A stretch of 64,000 nucleotides of DNA from Bacillales bacterium UBA5455. GTDB lineage: Bacteria; Bacillota_I; Bacilli_A; RFN20; CAG-826. A model generated the notes under the pieces. It worked only from the letters and a program-made list of their open reading frames with translations. It did not search any database and was not told the origin of the DNA. Positions 41,796-51,789 of the stretch are shown here, one piece after another; positions within the stretch are counted from its first letter, which is position 1, and the number at the start of each line of letters is the position of its first letter. The translations under genes and the position numbers were made by a program. The stretch covers positions 77,222 through 141,221 of the forward strand of contig DIQT01000015.1 of NCBI GenBank assembly GCA_002427365.1, given 5' to 3'.

Positions 41796-42458
41796 CTATT
41801 CGGAATAAATAAGCTTGCCATCAATTGTTGTTTGTTTAATCGCATTAAGGATTTTATCCATTTGTTCTTTCGTTAAAACAGCGACTGGTTCATGATCCGC
41901 AAACTCTCTTTTTTCCTTATCTTTTCTAATTAAGCCCCGGCGAAAAATCCGCAACTTATCAATTCCACGTTTTTGATTAAAGACCGCGATTGTTTTCACA
42001 TTCCCCATTAAGCCAGGGATTGGTCCAATTTCAACGTCGCTTGTTGGGTTGCTATTTGCCTTATGCATCGTTTTTAATGGAACGACTTCAACAATCTGAT
42101 TCGTTTCTAAGGATGGACGGACAACGACCGCGTAATGACGACCACGTAATTCACTACCGACGCCAATACCAAAATCGACTTCATAAACTTCACCCGGTAG
42201 TAAATCATACATTAATTGTCTCGTCATGTTACTTTTTACATAGGTGAGTAATTGCCGTAAGTCTTGGAAATATCTGTTAGCGGTTTCTAGTTCCGCAACA
42301 TAAATTTCCATTTTTTCATCATTTGTATAACCGTAGGGACGGTTTCCTTTGTCCGACATTCGGCGTTGTTGGCGTAATTTTTCTTCATCGCGATCGTCGT
42401 CATCATCATCATCAGCTGGTGGGGCTATTAAGCCTTCTTTGTTTAAAATACTTTTCAT
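41796..42458 (-). CDS. MazF/PemK-fold (CcdB/MazF superfamily) domain protein with an 85-aa acidic N-terminal extension
   Basis: Residues about 90-215 align to B. subtilis EndoA/MazF: PGEVYEVDFGIGVGSELRGRHYAVVVRPS matches [29 protein letters not shown], and LTKEQMDKILNAIK matches LDDEMMDKVDEALQ. The N-terminal 85 aa include a D7 run and KLRQQRR. The start at 42458 follows a GAGAAAGGAAA RBS. Confidence 0.55.
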   Translation of the reverse strand: MKSILNKEGLIAPPADDDDDDDRDEEKLRQQRRMSDKGNRPYGYTNDEKMEIYVAELETANRYFQDLRQLLTYVKSNMTRQLMYDLLPGEVYEVDFGIGVGSELRGRHYAVVVRPSLETNQIVEVVPLKTMHKANSNPTSDVEIGPIPGLMGNVKTIAVFNQKRGIDKLRIFRRGLIRKDKEKREFADHEPVAVLTKEQMDKILNAIKQTTIDGKLIYSE

Positions 42459-42832
42459 AATTATTTTCCTTTCTCCCATTTACGAAAATTTTGGTATGAC
42501 AAAAAAGTATAAACACTGATGATCTTTTTGATTAAGTTTATTTTGAATGGCTATTAGTTGTTGTAGCTAAAGTTAGATTTAATTCAAATTTGTTTTTTTG
42601 TTTAACGTAGATCAATACTCGGTTTAAATGTTTCTAATTTGTCCTCCTTGTTTTCCTAAACAGGTAGTATTTTATATATAAAACTTAACATGAAATGAAA
42701 CAAAAAGGTAGATGAAAAGTGATAAAAACGCAATTTTATCAACTTATTTTTAAAAAACACGATTTTTCGGAAATTGGTCTAATTTTTGGTGTACCTTAAT
42801 AGTTTAGGCTCTTTTAAAAAGGGTGAAAAAAG

Positions 42833-42859
42833 ACAAAAAAAAGAGCCAAATCATGGCTC
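42833..42859 (-). terminator. rho-independent terminator after deoB
   Basis: GAGCCA-aatca-TGGCTC followed on the minus strand by a T8 run. Confidence 0.7.
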
Positions 42860-42885
42860 TTCACTTAGCAATAAATTTTTAAAAA

Positions 42886-44091
42886 TTAGTCTTCAAGCAG
42901 TGGTTCAATAACTAAACCAATCATATTTTCCGCTTTTTCAAGGCCGAAATTTTCTAAGACAGTCGCGCCTAAGTCGGCGAAGGAAAACCGATCAGCGAGT
43001 TTGCGGCCATTTTTATAACTTGATGAATAGGCAACGAGTGGAACCATTTCTCTAGTATGGTCGGTTCCTTTAAATGTTGGATCATTACCATGGTCCGCAG
43101 TTACGATTACTAAATCATCTTCATTGAGTTCTTCGATTAATTGACCAAGCCGTAGGTCAAAGGCTTCAAGCGCTTGACCATAACCAATTGGATTCCGGCG
43201 ATGACCGTATTCCGAGTCAAATTCGACTAAGTTAGTAAAAACAAGTCCTTCAAAGTCACGATTTTTCGCAATTTCAATAACCTTATCCATGCCATCTTCA
43301 TTAGAAACGATTTTTTGGCTTTCAACAATCCCAACACCATTATAAATATCTTTGATTTTACCAATGGCGGAAACCATGTAGCCATTGTCTTTTAGGATAT
43401 CTAAGGCCGTTGTGCCACTAGGTGATAAGGCCCAGTCATGCCGATTTGGTGTCCGTTTAAAGTTTGCGGGTGTATCACCAACAAAGGGCCGAGCAATAAC
43501 ACGACCAACTCGCCATTCAGGTTTCATACAAATATCGCGGGCGGTTTCACAAACTTTATATAAGTTTTCTAAGCCAATGACATTTTCATTCGCACATACT
43601 TGTAAAACGCTATCCGCTGATGTATACACGATAATCGAGTTATCGCGCATTGATTCTTCGCCTAATTTGGCCATAATTTCGGTTCCACTTGCGGCGATGT
43701 TACCAATTACTTTATAACCTGTTCTTTTTTCGAGTTCTTCAAGTAATTCTTTTGGAAAGCCGGTATCCGTAAATGTTTGGAATGGTTCGGTTGTTAATAA
43801 ACCCATAATTTCCCAGTGGCCGGTCATCGTATCTTTGCCAAAGCTTGCTTCATGCATTCTTGCAACGTAACTATTAGGGTGCACCTTTACCGCTGGTGTC
43901 CCAACGATATTTGTTAATTGGCCGATTCCTAACGAACCTAAAACGGGTAATTTTAGACCTTCGGGCATCGATAATGAAATATGCTCAACGGTTGAGGCTC
44001 CTTCATCACCAAATTCCGCGGCATCGGGCATCGCGCCGATTCCAACGGAGTCAATTACAATTACAAAGACGCGTTTAAATTGTTTTTTCAT
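42886..44091 (-). CDS. deoB: Phosphopentomutase DeoB
   Basis: VFVIVIDSVGIG and the alkaline-phosphatase-like metal-binding core (DHGND, TADHG). 401 aa. Confidence 0.9.
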   Translation of the reverse strand: MKKQFKRVFVIVIDSVGIGAMPDAAEFGDEGASTVEHISLSMPEGLKLPVLGSLGIGQLTNIVGTPAVKVHPNSYVARMHEASFGKDTMTGHWEIMGLLTTEPFQTFTDTGFPKELLEELEKRTGYKVIGNIAASGTEIMAKLGEESMRDNSIIVYTSADSVLQVCANENVIGLENLYKVCETARDICMKPEWRVGRVIARPFVGDTPANFKRTPNRHDWALSPSGTTALDILKDNGYMVSAIGKIKDIYNGVGIVESQKIVSNEDGMDKVIEIAKNRDFEGLVFTNLVEFDSEYGHRRNPIGYGQALEAFDLRLGQLIEELNEDDLVIVTADHGNDPTFKGTDHTREMVPLVAYSSSYKNGRKLADRFSFADLGATVLENFGLEKAENMIGLVIEPLLED

Positions 44092-44141
44092 ATTTTACAC
44101 TTCCTTTTTTGCTTTTTAATTTTATGCGAACATATTTTAGT

Positions 44142-45023
44142 TTATTTTCCTTTTGTATACAAATCATAAACACTTAAAATTCGTTTTGAAGAAACATGCG
44201 TGTAAATTTGCGTTGTTGCGATGCTTGCGTGGCCTAATAAAGCTTGGACAACTCGTAACTGCGCGCCATGTTCTAAGAGGTGGGTAGCGAATGAGTGCCG
44301 GAGTGTATGCGGGGTAACTTGCTTATCAATGCCCGCTCGAAGCGCATATTGCTTAACAATTCGATGAAAGTATTGCCGTGACATCGGTTTTCCGTGTTTT
44401 GTTAAGAAAATATATGGTGATTTCGCTCCAATATTTTTAATACGGACATCGCTTACATAGTCATTTAAATAGCCAAGCGCAAATTCCCCAATCGGAATGA
44501 TCCGGTCTTTATTGCCTTTACCACGAATTTTGACGATTTCTTGGTTTAAATTAACTTGGCTTTTTTCTAAATTAACGAGTTCACTAACCCGTAACCCACA
44601 CGCATACATAACTTCAAGCATTGCCTTATCGCGTTTTTCATCGTCTTTACTTAAATCAGGCGCTTCTAGTAACGCTTCAACTTCCTCTTCAGTAAGAACA
44701 CTTGGAAGTGTACGAGCGGGTTTAGGAATTTCAATATTTGGTAATTCATCAAAAAAGAGCCCTTCATTAATTAAAAACATGTAGTAGCGGCGTAATGACG
44801 AGTAGCGCCGGACGATTGTGGCCGCCGAATAGCCTTCTTGGGCTTGTAAAAGAACGAAATCGCTTAATTGCACAACAACATACTCATCCGTTGTTTCTAG
44901 CGGAAAATACGTGTGAAATAAGCCAAGATCTTCAAAGTAACTTTCGATTGTCGAAGATGCTAACCCTTTTTCACTAAAAAGATACCGGCGGTATTTACTT
45001 AAGACATCACTTACTAACATCAT
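44142..45023 (-). CDS. xerD: Tyrosine site-specific recombinase XerD/XerC family
   Basis: The R..HxxR..Y catalytic signature (ACGLRVSEL, LRHSFATHLL, GHASIATTQIYTHV) is present. It is adjacent to deoB, as for B. subtilis ripX. Confidence 0.8.
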   Translation of the reverse strand: MMLVSDVLSKYRRYLFSEKGLASSTIESYFEDLGLFHTYFPLETTDEYVVVQLSDFVLLQAQEGYSAATIVRRYSSLRRYYMFLINEGLFFDELPNIEIPKPARTLPSVLTEEEVEALLEAPDLSKDDEKRDKAMLEVMYACGLRVSELVNLEKSQVNLNQEIVKIRGKGNKDRIIPIGEFALGYLNDYVSDVRIKNIGAKSPYIFLTKHGKPMSRQYFHRIVKQYALRAGIDKQVTPHTLRHSFATHLLEHGAQLRVVQALLGHASIATTQIYTHVSSKRILSVYDLYTKGK

Positions 45024-45025
45024 TT

Positions 45026-46207
45026 TTAATGTTCCTTTTTCTTTTTCTTTAATTCGCTCGCGCGCATAAGCTTTGGTTCTTTCAGCTTGCGATTTAGTTC
45101 ATTAATTAATAACCGTGTAACATTTTCTTCTTCATGCGCTGCAAAATCAAATAACGACATTTGCACGGTTGTTTGATGGATACTACTTAAATTTTGTAAT
45201 GTCACTCCAACTAAGCGAATAAATTGACCGTTATAGTTATCAATAAATAACTTTTCGGCGTTTTGATAAATTGCATCAACTTCGTTTGTTGGTTCAACAA
45301 GTGTAATTGAACGATTAATTGTCGAAAAATCCGCGTTTTTAATAATAATTTGAATCGTTAGTCCAACTTGCTCTTCCTTTTTAGCGTGTGCACTAACTTC
45401 TTTTGTTAATTCTAAAACCATCGCTAAAATTTCATCAAGGTTATTTGTATCATTTAAAAAGGTTGTCGAGTTTCCAATACTTTTTGGAGGCGCTGCGACT
45501 GCGATGACTTCATCACTCCCACGTCCATTTGCCCATTCGACGAGTGAATAATAATATTTACCTAAAACGGCTTTGATCGCGGGATTTTCGTTTTTTGCGA
45601 GGTCACCAATTGTCTTAACACCAATTTCTTGTAGTCTAGGGGCGGTTTTTTTACCAATCCCATACATTTCTTCAATTGGTAAGGGCCAAAGCATCTTTGC
45701 TAAATCCCGCCGGCGTAAAATCGTAATTCCCATCGGTTTTTTCATATTCGACGCCATCTTCGCTAAAAACTTTGTCGGACCAACCCCAATCGAACATTGA
45801 AGTTTTGTTTCGTTATAAATCGTTTGTTGAATTAGCGTTAAATATTGAATAGGATCTTCAACATCCTTCATTGGCTTTGTTAAGTCCATAAAACATTCAT
45901 CAATACTCATAATTTCTTGGATAGGCGAAAAGCGGCGTAAAATAGTAAAAAACTCGTCGGAGAGCTTACTATAATACGCAAAATCTGGCGACTTAATGAT
46001 AAGCCGCGGATATAAGCGTTCTGCCATATATGTTGGCATAGCGCTATGGATGCCATATTTTCTTGCGGCGTAGTTCGCCGTTGAAACAATGCCCCGCCGT
46101 CCACTTCCGCCAACGACAAGCGGTTTATTCGCTAACGAAGGGTCACGAATTTCTTCAGCGGTGGCAAAGAACGCATTTAAATCAATGTGCATAATAATTT
46201 TGGCCAC
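45026..46207 (-). CDS. dinB: DNA polymerase IV (DinB, Y-family)
   Basis: MHIDLNAFFATAE, SIDECFMDLT and the little-finger domain. GTG start 7 nt after a GGAGGA RBS. Confidence 0.9.
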   Translation of the reverse strand: MAKIIMHIDLNAFFATAEEIRDPSLANKPLVVGGSGRRGIVSTANYAARKYGIHSAMPTYMAERLYPRLIIKSPDFAYYSKLSDEFFTILRRFSPIQEIMSIDECFMDLTKPMKDVEDPIQYLTLIQQTIYNETKLQCSIGVGPTKFLAKMASNMKKPMGITILRRRDLAKMLWPLPIEEMYGIGKKTAPRLQEIGVKTIGDLAKNENPAIKAVLGKYYYSLVEWANGRGSDEVIAVAAPPKSIGNSTTFLNDTNNLDEILAMVLELTKEVSAHAKKEEQVGLTIQIIIKNADFSTINRSITLVEPTNEVDAIYQNAEKLFIDNYNGQFIRLVGVTLQNLSSIHQTTVQMSLFDFAAHEEENVTRLLINELNRKLKEPKLMRASELKKKKKEH

Positions 46208-46260
46208 TTTGTGATCCTCCTCATACGAATAATTATAATATATCTACATTTAGTTTACAT

Positions 46261-46282
46261 AAAAAAAGGTCCTGTGGGACCT
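46261..46282 (-). terminator. rho-independent terminator after recN
   Basis: AGGTCC-cac a-GGACCT hairpin followed on the minus strand by a T7 run. Confidence 0.7.
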
Positions 46283-46306
46283 TTCATGTTAATTTTTTTA
46301 CAAATA

Positions 46307-47953
46307 TTAAATTGCGTTTGCTTTTAACTCTTTAGCGAGGGCGAGCGTCGTTTCACTTACTTCATCGCCACTAAGAAGTTTCGCTAGAGCAACAATTGTT
46401 TCATCTACATCAAGAAGATTAATTGACGCTTTCGTTGTTTCGTTAATAATATTTTTTTCAACATAATAGTGATTAGAGGCATACGCGGCGACTTGGGCTA
46501 AATGGGTAATTGCAATAACTTGGACACTTTCACTAACGGATAACATCTTTTTTCCAACGATACTTGCAATCCGACCACTAACACCGGAATCAACTTCATC
46601 AAAAATAAGCGTTTCCGCGCTTCCTAGCGTCTTAAAGACAATTTTGAGCGCTAACATGAGGCGACTAGCTTCTCCACCGCTAATGGCGTTCTTTAGCGGC
46701 AAATATGATGAACCAACGTTGGCGGCTAAATAAAAGGCAACTTGATCAATCCCTGTCTTTGCTAAATCTTTACTTCCAAAGTTTACTTTAAATGTGGCGT
46801 TATTAAGCGCTAAATCCGCTAATTCAGCATTTACTTCGCGTTCAAGTGTTTTAGCGGCTTCTTGACGGGCAATAGAAAGTTCTTCCGCGACGTTTTGGGC
46901 GTCAGCGTGTAATTTTTTAACTTGTGCTTCCGCTTCATTAAGCCAAATTTGATGATTTGCGGCAGCAGAAACTTGGCTTTCCATCGTTTTAAGCGCTGCT
47001 AACGTTTCTATTTCCGAATTATGGTATTTCCGAATAATTTTGCGAATTAAATAAATTCTCGTCATTACTTGATCGATACTTTGTGTTTCGCTAAATAATT
47101 CTTCGATTTTGCTAAACGCAGCATTTACTTTTTCATCAAGTTCATAGTAGGCATCATTAAGCGCGGTGGCGATTACTTCATAATCTTCACCTAAGGCGGA
47201 AAATTCTTTACCCGCTAAATATAAATTATTAAGCGCACCATGGTCACTAGTTAATAAACTTGTAAGTTTATCTTTACTATGGGCAATTTTATCTAAGTTT
47301 TTTAATTGATTAGCGATATTTTCTAATTCCGCAAGTTCACCAACTTTAATATCAGCATCTTTAATTTCTTTAATTTGAAATTCAATAAATTCACGTTCAC
47401 TTTCAGTAATTAACGTGGCTTGAAGCGCTGAAAAATCTTCGACCGCCGTAAGATACGCTAAATAGGATGTTTGAAAACGTTGATAAAGCTCGGGATCAAC
47501 AAAGGCATCTAAATAATGAAGATGATTTTTTTCATCAAGTAAAGCGATATTTTCATGTTGCGAATGAATATCGATTAAGGTGCCCATAATTTGTTTAGAA
47601 ATTGTTAACGTTGTTGTCCGCCCATTCATACTTAAGCGTGAGCGACCGGCTTCATCAAGAACGCGTGTGACAATTAAAAAGCGGTCTTCTTCGATTAATC
47701 CAGGCACTAATTCATTAATCGTTTCGATATTTTCATCTTGAACAATATAAAAAGTTCCTTCAATGAATGCTTGTTTTGCCCCATGGCGGATTTTATTAAA
47801 AGCGGACCGTTCACCAAGTAAAAGTGAGAGGGCATCAATGATAATTGATTTTCCCGCCCCCGTTTCGCCGGTAATAACGCTTAAGCCATGTTCAAAACTA
47901 ACTTCAATATCTTCAATAATGGCAAAATTTCGGACAATGAGATTACTTAACAT
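46307..47953 (-). CDS. recN: DNA repair protein RecN
   Basis: SMC-like N-terminus NFAIIEDIEVSFEHGLSVITGETGAGKSIIIDAL, a coiled coil, and the C-terminal signature/Walker B (LIFDEVD). AAGGAGA RBS. Confidence 0.9.
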   Translation of the reverse strand: MLSNLIVRNFAIIEDIEVSFEHGLSVITGETGAGKSIIIDALSLLLGERSAFNKIRHGAKQAFIEGTFYIVQDENIETINELVPGLIEEDRFLIVTRVLDEAGRSRLSMNGRTTTLTISKQIMGTLIDIHSQHENIALLDEKNHLHYLDAFVDPELYQRFQTSYLAYLTAVEDFSALQATLITESEREFIEFQIKEIKDADIKVGELAELENIANQLKNLDKIAHSKDKLTSLLTSDHGALNNLYLAGKEFSALGEDYEVIATALNDAYYELDEKVNAAFSKIEELFSETQSIDQVMTRIYLIRKIIRKYHNSEIETLAALKTMESQVSAAANHQIWLNEAEAQVKKLHADAQNVAEELSIARQEAAKTLEREVNAELADLALNNATFKVNFGSKDLAKTGIDQVAFYLAANVGSSYLPLKNAISGGEASRLMLALKIVFKTLGSAETLIFDEVDSGVSGRIASIVGKKMLSVSESVQVIAITHLAQVAAYASNHYYVEKNIINETTKASINLLDVDETIVALAKLLSGDEVSETTLALAKELKANAI

Positions 47954-49841
47954 CAGTGATTGTCTCCTTAACTAACGCGAGAATACTTTTTTCATCAACT
48001 TCTTGGCTTTTAGCTTGCTCAGCAATTGTCGCTTGTTCAATAAATTCAGTTTTAATGCCGCGAATAATGATTTGACCTTGATAGCCAAGGCGGCGAAGTT
48101 CGTGTTCAATAAATAATGGAAAGCCAATTTCTGTTCCATAGGCATCAACAATAATGATCCGTTGATAATTAAGTAGCGAAGATAAGACGTTTTTATCATA
48201 TGGTTTTTGATAAATTGCATTAACAAGCGTTATATTGTTTGGTAAGTTTGGTTTAAGTTCTTCCACTAACGGGCCAAATGTAATAAGTGCGACTTTTTCG
48301 TTTGGATCACGATGTTCAATTAGCCATTCACCTCGACTTAAGGTAATAACTTCATTATTTGCTTGAGAAATTTCAACATATAACCGTGGATACCGTAAAA
48401 AGACGGGTTGCTTAGTCGATAAACTTTCTAAATAAATTGCTTTTGCAATGCTAGGGGAAGACGCCATCGCGACCGTAACATTAGGAACATTTAATAAAAA
48501 TGCTTCATCAAAAATTCCTTGATGGGTTTCTCCATCCGCGCCGACTAATCCCGCGCGATCAACTAAAATAATTGAACCTAAATTCATCCGTGCTAAATCA
48601 TGAATAATTTGATCAAACGCCCGTTGCATAAAGGTCGAATAAATACTAATAATCGGGAGTTTCCCGTTTAATGCTAACCCGGTGGCAAGGCCAAACGCAT
48701 GCATTTCGGCAATTCCAACATCGAAAGTTCGGGCACTAAATTTAGCGAAAAGATGTTGTAACCCTGAACCAAGTAAAGTCGCGGGTGTAACTAAAACAGT
48801 GTCAAGATGTTCTTCCATAATGTCATATGTTAAATTTGCGTATATTTCCGACCAGGACAATAAATTGGGGTCTATGGACTTTAGAGGCAAATTCGATTTA
48901 ACGTCAAAGGGACTAACGCCATGCCAATTGCCTGTTTTATCATTTTCACTCGCTTCATATCCACGACCTTTTGTTGTTTTTAAGTGAATGACCGATGATT
49001 GTTTTAGTTCTTGGGCTTTTTTAAACGCTTTTTCTAAATCTTTAAATGAATGCCCTTCAACTGGACCAATATAAGCAAAGCCCATTTCTTCAAACATATT
49101 ATTCGAAATTAAGTGACGAGTTATTTTATGTTTTAAATTCCATGTAATCCGATAAATAAAATAGCCAAACCGTGTTCGAAACATTAAGCGTTTATACGAT
49201 TCTTTTGCTTTAATGTAACGCGGTGATAATTTCATCTTCCGAAATATTTTCGAGATGGAGCCAACAGGTTTCGTAATCGACATTTCGTTATCGTTAAGAA
49301 CAAAAATGACTTTGTTTCGCAATAAACCAGCATGATTTAGCGCTTCAAGTGATTCGCCATTCATCATTGAGGCATCGCCAACAAAGGCGACAACATCATA
49401 ATCTTCCTTATTTAGGTCGCGCGCAATCGCCATTCCGATAGCGCCGGACATCGCGGTCGAGGAATGACCCGCTTCAAAATGATCATAGCTAGATTCGGAG
49501 CGTTTTTGAAATCCGCTCGTTCCATCTTTTTGTCGTAAGTTATCTAAAGGGCGGCCGGTTAAAATTTTATGCGTATAACATTGATGGCCAACATCAAAAA
49601 GAAGCTTATCATGGGTAAAATCAAAAACTTTATGAAGGGCGATTGTTGCTTCAACAACGCCGAGGTTACTAGATAAATGTCCACCATAAATTGAACAGGC
49701 ATTAATGATTTTTGTCCGGATTTCATTGGCGAGTATGTCTAATTCATCGTTATCGAGGTAGCTTAAAAAAGTTGGATCCGTAATATGATCAACATCGAAC
49801 GATTCTATTTTTGGATGTTTTTCCTTCTTTTTCTTACACAT
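47943..49841 (-). CDS. dxs: 1-deoxy-D-xylulose-5-phosphate synthase Dxs
   Basis: Thiamine-diphosphate motifs (GHSSTAMSGAIGMA, GDASMMNGESLEALN), the transketolase-like Pyr domain and a C-terminal domain. It overlaps the recN start by 11 nt. Confidence 0.9.
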   Translation of the reverse strand: MCKKKKEKHPKIESFDVDHITDPTFLSYLDNDELDILANEIRTKIINACSIYGGHLSSNLGVVEATIALHKVFDFTHDKLLFDVGHQCYTHKILTGRPLDNLRQKDGTSGFQKRSESSYDHFEAGHSSTAMSGAIGMAIARDLNKEDYDVVAFVGDASMMNGESLEALNHAGLLRNKVIFVLNDNEMSITKPVGSISKIFRKMKLSPRYIKAKESYKRLMFRTRFGYFIYRITWNLKHKITRHLISNNMFEEMGFAYIGPVEGHSFKDLEKAFKKAQELKQSSVIHLKTTKGRGYEASENDKTGNWHGVSPFDVKSNLPLKSIDPNLLSWSEIYANLTYDIMEEHLDTVLVTPATLLGSGLQHLFAKFSARTFDVGIAEMHAFGLATGLALNGKLPIISIYSTFMQRAFDQIIHDLARMNLGSIILVDRAGLVGADGETHQGIFDEAFLLNVPNVTVAMASSPSIAKAIYLESLSTKQPVFLRYPRLYVEISQANNEVITLSRGEWLIEHRDPNEKVALITFGPLVEELKPNLPNNITLVNAIYQKPYDKNVLSSLLNYQRIIIVDAYGTEIGFPLFIEHELRRLGYQGQIIIRGIKTEFIEQATIAEQAKSQEVDEKSILALVKETITDVK

Positions 49842-49874
49842 ATTCTAATTCTCTACTAAATAATTACTAAAAAA

Positions 49875-50093
49875 TTACTCTTCTTCTACTTTTCGTGCAT
49901 CAAGAACAAATTCAACCCGTGTTTTAGCAGTTGCGAGTTCTGTTTCAAGATTATTCAATAATGTAATCCCTTCTTCAAAAAGCAAAAGCGATTGTTCAAG
50001 TTCGAGTTCTCCTTTTTCAAGCGTTGCAACGATTGATTCAAGCCGTTTCATCTTTTGTTCAAACGTCATTTTTTCATTTACTTGGTTACTCAT
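49875..50093 (-). CDS. xseB: Exodeoxyribonuclease VII small subunit
   Basis: 72-aa helical protein (FEQKMKRLESIVATLEKGELELEQSL) translationally coupled to xseA. Confidence 0.85.
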   Translation of the reverse strand: MSNQVNEKMTFEQKMKRLESIVATLEKGELELEQSLLLFEEGITLLNNLETELATAKTRVEFVLDARKVEEE

Positions 50094-51366
50094 TTTGTTG
50101 TTCCTTTCCGATGATGCTTACAGTTATTTTACCATCTCTTAATGTTGTTTGCACAACTTCTCCGACGCGTACTTCATTAATTGAACTTATAATATGGCCT
50201 TCTTCATTTGTCACATAAGCATATCCGCGATCTAAGACCGCGGTTGGTGAAAGTGAAATAAGGCTACTATGAAGCAATTTTAAATCGTGATCAGTATTTT
50301 TGAGTTTATTACGCGCTTTTTCGATTAGTTTAAGTTGAAGTAGTTCATACTTTTGCGTTTGTTTCGCTAATTCTAAGTTAATAAAACCTATTAACTTCGT
50401 TTTTGATTTTTCCATTCGTTCAACATATTTTTCATATGTTAATAAGGGATTCTTTAGTTCTGGTCGCTGTTTTAAGTTTTCTAATCCTTGCATTGATTTA
50501 GAAATTTGTCGATTAATAGCGTTTACCATCCGTTCGCTTTGGCTAATAAAGTCAAGACGGAAATCTTTAACATCACGGACCGCATGTTCGGCGGCAGCGG
50601 TTGGTGTGGAAACACGTAAATCACTAACATAGTCGGTTAAGGTCGTATCCGTTTCATGGCCGATCGCGGCAATTACGGGATGCGGGTATGTACTAATCGC
50701 TCTGACAAGTGCTTCATCATTAAAAGCCCATAAATCTTCATTTGAGCCGCCACCACGGGCAATAATCATTAAATCAAGCGGATAGCTTAAACTTGTCTTT
50801 AACGCTTTAATTAGCTCTTTTGGGGCGTTTTCACCTTGAACAAGCGAATTAAAAACATAAATGTTTACTAAGGGGTTTCTTCGGGCAATATTTTCTAATA
50901 AATCTTTTTCTGCAGCGCTTTTTGAACCCGTAATAATGCCAATGTTTTGGGGATAGTAAGGAAGAGGCTTCTTCTTGCTTACATCAAAAAGGCCTTCATT
51001 CGCTAATTTTTTCTTTAATGCTTCGAGTTCAATTAACTTTTGGCCAAGCCCATATTGTTCCGCTTTCGTAATAACAATTTGATAATTTCCACTTGCACTA
51101 TATAGCGTAATACCCCCAACAACTAAAATTTCTTGACCATTACTTAAATTAAAGTTTAATTTTTCCGCAGCACTACGAAACATGACCGCACTGATCCGGC
51201 TATATTCATCTTTTAATGTAAAGTAATAATGGCCGGTAAAGTGTTTCGTTAAGTTGGATACTTCACCTTTTAAAGTAATGTTTTGGAGGCTTACTTCGTT
51301 TGTTAGTAAACTTTCAACATATTTATTTAGGCTGGTAACCGTGAAGTAACGCCCACTTTGGTTCAT
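50086..51366 (-). CDS. xseA: Exodeoxyribonuclease VII large subunit
   Basis: N-terminal OB-fold (ITLKGEVSNL...HYYFTLKD) and a C-terminal catalytic domain. 426 aa. Confidence 0.9.
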   Translation of the reverse strand: MNQSGRYFTVTSLNKYVESLLTNEVSLQNITLKGEVSNLTKHFTGHYYFTLKDEYSRISAVMFRSAAEKLNFNLSNGQEILVVGGITLYSASGNYQIVITKAEQYGLGQKLIELEALKKKLANEGLFDVSKKKPLPYYPQNIGIITGSKSAAEKDLLENIARRNPLVNIYVFNSLVQGENAPKELIKALKTSLSYPLDLMIIARGGGSNEDLWAFNDEALVRAISTYPHPVIAAIGHETDTTLTDYVSDLRVSTPTAAAEHAVRDVKDFRLDFISQSERMVNAINRQISKSMQGLENLKQRPELKNPLLTYEKYVERMEKSKTKLIGFINLELAKQTQKYELLQLKLIEKARNKLKNTDHDLKLLHSSLISLSPTAVLDRGYAYVTNEEGHIISSINEVRVGEVVQTTLRDGKITVSIIGKEQQNE

Positions 51367-51776
51367 TATAAAACCTCGTTCAGGACAGCGTTTATATATT
51401 TATAGTCGTTATCATCTAAATAGGCTTTTGCTTGTTTAACAGCGATATCAATAATTACCGCATTATCAACTTCCGGGTCAATATATTTTTTATGAACGAT
51501 TGCTAAAATAAAAATGGCTTGGGCAACGCGATTAATCCGATCCCATGACCAGTCTTTTAGTGCTGGTTCAACGCGGTCTTTTATTTCTTGGTAATATTTA
51601 ATTGTGCCCACCGCGCACGCCTTAACAAAGTAATCCGCATCTTCAATCGGAGTGGATAACGTAGAAGAAATAATTTTTCCGACATCAACGACTAAATTAG
51701 CCTTTTGATATGTAAGAATAATATAAATTACTTCGAGAGCTTTTGTTTGGGCTTGATTTCTTGTTAACTGTTCCAT
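51366..51776 (-). CDS. nusB: Transcription antitermination factor NusB
   Basis: 136-aa all-helical protein in the position upstream of xseA, as in Bacillus. Confidence 0.8.
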   Translation of the reverse strand: MEQLTRNQAQTKALEVIYIILTYQKANLVVDVGKIISSTLSTPIEDADYFVKACAVGTIKYYQEIKDRVEPALKDWSWDRINRVAQAIFILAIVHKKYIDPEVDNAVIIDIAVKQAKAYLDDNDYKYINAVLNEVL

Positions 51777-51789
51777 GTGCTACTACTTT

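Noticed and set aside
42641-42650. Orphan strong Shine-Dalgarno-like AAGGAGGA (minus strand) in the long intergenic region upstream of the MazF-like gene; possible hidden small ORF
   Set aside because: There is no ATG, GTG or TTG start within 4-12 nt downstream in any frame, and the longest downstream ORF is under 5 codons. It is retained only as part of the MazF-locus finding.
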